A DNA stretch of 47,642 nt, from assembly GCA_017609985.1 (NCBI GenBank), contig JAFCCW010000012.1, forward strand, positions 1 through 47,642, read 5' to 3'. Positions 46,218 through 47,642 of the stretch are shown here, piece after piece. Position 1 is the stretch's first letter; each line of letters opens with the position of its first letter. A program made the position numbers and the translations under genes. The notes beneath the pieces are model-generated. The model did no database searches, was not told the origin of the DNA, and saw only the letters and a program-made list of their open reading frames with translations. This DNA comes from Candidatus Iainarchaeum sp. GTDB taxonomy: Archaea > Iainarchaeota > Iainarchaeia > Iainarchaeales > JAFCCW01.

Positions 46218-47165
46218 ATGGGAAACAATTTTGAATTGCAAATTTTTTCCGGATCATCAAACCCTGAACTTGCTCAAGGAATAGCCAAAGAGCTTAAAAC
46301 CAAACTAGGAGAAGTCAATATAAAAAATTTTTCAGACGGAGAAACATATGTAAGATTTCGTGAAAACATCAGGGGAAGAGATGTTTTCCTTATTCAAAGC
46401 ACTTCAGGACCTGTTAACGACAACATGATGGAATTGCTTATAATGATTGACGCTGCAAAGCGGGCTTCAGCAGGAAGAATTACAGCAGTCATCCCATACT
46501 ATGGATATGCAAGACAGGACAGAAAAGCTGATTCAAGAGAACCAATTACTGCAAAGCTTGTGGCAGAGCTTCTTGAAAAAGCAGGTGTTGACAGGGTTAT
46601 AACTGTTGACCTGCACTCTGACCAGATACAGGGATTTTTTGATGTTCCACTTGACAACCTGACAGGAATTGGATTGCTAATTGACTGCATGACCGACAAA
46701 AAATTGGGAGAAATCGCAGTCGTTGCACCAGACGCAGGAGCAGCAAAAAAGAACACAAAAATTGCAAAGGCAATGAATGCTCCGCTAGTAATAATCAACA
46801 AAGTAAGATCAAAGCACAATGAAGCTGAAGCTCTTAACATCATTGGAGATGTGAAAGGAAAAAACTGCATTATTTTTGACGACATGATTGACACTGCTGG
46901 CACGATGTGTGCAGGAGCAAAAATTCTGAAAGACAATGGAGCAGAAAAAATATTTGCTGCGTCAACCCATGGATTGTTGTCAGGACCTGCTCTTGAAAGA
47001 ATAAAGAAATCTGTTTTTGAAGAAGTCCTTGTCACAGACACTATTCCACAGGAAGGCAGAAACGGAAAAATAAAAACTGTTTCAATGGCAAAAATTCTTG
47101 CAAAATCAATAAAGAGCATTCACAACAACGAAAGTATTAGTTCTCTTTTTGAACACAACCTCTAA
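46218..47165 (+). CDS. prs: Ribose-phosphate pyrophosphokinase
   Basis: FSDGE, PYYGYARQDRK, DLH, APDAG, DDMIDTAGT motifs. GGTG RBS precedes the ATG at 46218. Confidence 0.96.
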   Translation: MGNNFELQIFSGSSNPELAQGIAKELKTKLGEVNIKNFSDGETYVRFRENIRGRDVFLIQSTSGPVNDNMMELLIMIDAAKRASAGRITAVIPYYGYARQDRKADSREPITAKLVAELLEKAGVDRVITVDLHSDQIQGFFDVPLDNLTGIGLLIDCMTDKKLGEIAVVAPDAGAAKKNTKIAKAMNAPLVIINKVRSKHNEAEALNIIGDVKGKNCIIFDDMIDTAGTMCAGAKILKDNGAEKIFAASTHGLLSGPALERIKKSVFEEVLVTDTIPQEGRNGKIKTVSMAKILAKSIKSIHNNESISSLFEHNL

Positions 47166-47216
47166 ACAAGAAAGCCTTTTTAAGCTTCCCCCAGTTAATT
47201 TAATCGACTGATTCTA

Positions 47217-47642
47217 ATGAATGAAAAGAATGAAAAAAATGAAAACAGAGGAAGCCTTACTCAGGGGAAAATTTCCAAACAAATGATAAAGATGGCTCTG
47301 CCTTTGATGGCAGCAATGTTTCTGCAGAGCACTTACAATGTTATTGACACTTATTTCATTGGAATGCTTGGAGAACAAGAGCTTGCGGCAATTTCTCTGA
47401 CGTTTCCAGTTATTTTTATTTTTATTTCACTCGCATCAGGTTTGAGTGTTGGAGCAACCGCGATAGTGAGTCAGGCAATCGGGGCTGGAAAAAGCAAGGA
47501 AGCAGACAACAATGCAGAGCACTCTATTTTGCTGGCAATTATTTCAGGAATAGGAATAGCAATTCTGGGAATTTTCTTTGCACCCTATCTCTTTAATTTC
47601 ATGGGTGCAAGCGGAAATCTTCTTGAGCTAACAGCACAGTAT
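47217..47642 (+). CDS. MATE family efflux transporter (partial, runs off window)
   Basis: Manual translation MNEK...LTQGKISKQMIKMALPLMAAMFLQSTYNVIDTYFIGMLGEQELAAISLTFP...VSQAIGAG. Confidence 0.9.
   Translation, partial: MNEKNEKNENRGSLTQGKISKQMIKMALPLMAAMFLQSTYNVIDTYFIGMLGEQELAAISLTFPVIFIFISLASGLSVGATAIVSQAIGAGKSKEADNNAEHSILLAIISGIGIAILGIFFAPYLFNFMGASGNLLELTAQY

Noticed and set aside
46499-47119. 206-aa minus-strand ORF
   Set aside because: Antisense shadow of prs.

Overview
Archaeal chromosomal segment, low GC and gene-dense. A DPANN lineage, plausibly Diapherotrites/Iainarchaeota, is inferred from gene content and protein style, not from a search. Positions 1-35.5 kb are mostly housekeeping: histone, Hef, Cgi121, S8e, TFB, RNase HII, Hsp20, ScpA/ScpB, AhcY, Adk, Trm5, Dph5, GlnA, a porCDAB operon, peptidases and nadB/NAD kinase/nadA. 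After ~44.8 kb come enolase, PRPP synthetase and a partial MATE transporter. The main discovery is a ~9 kb accessory island (~35745-44691) sitting inside a broken native nucS gene, whose 3' remnant (35574-35744) and 5' remnant (44692-44780) are both on the minus strand. The island carries its own intact, divergent nucS on the plus strand. It also carries a wHTH-NACHT-HEAT protein, a TrmB-like fragment, a Vsr/PD-(D/E)xK-like nuclease plus nitrilase-fold gene pair, an orphan Csa3-like CARF-HTH gene divergent from an AAA+ ATPase with an atypical pore loop, a small RHH protein, and an AbiEi/AbiEii-like type IV toxin-antitoxin pair. Outside the island are a candidate 61-nt structured ncRNA with its own promoter and terminator, an NAD kinase-wHTH fusion, and short tandem duplications at convergent gene ends. 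No rRNA, tRNA, CRISPR array or integrase was recognised. All family calls come from motif recognition by eye.
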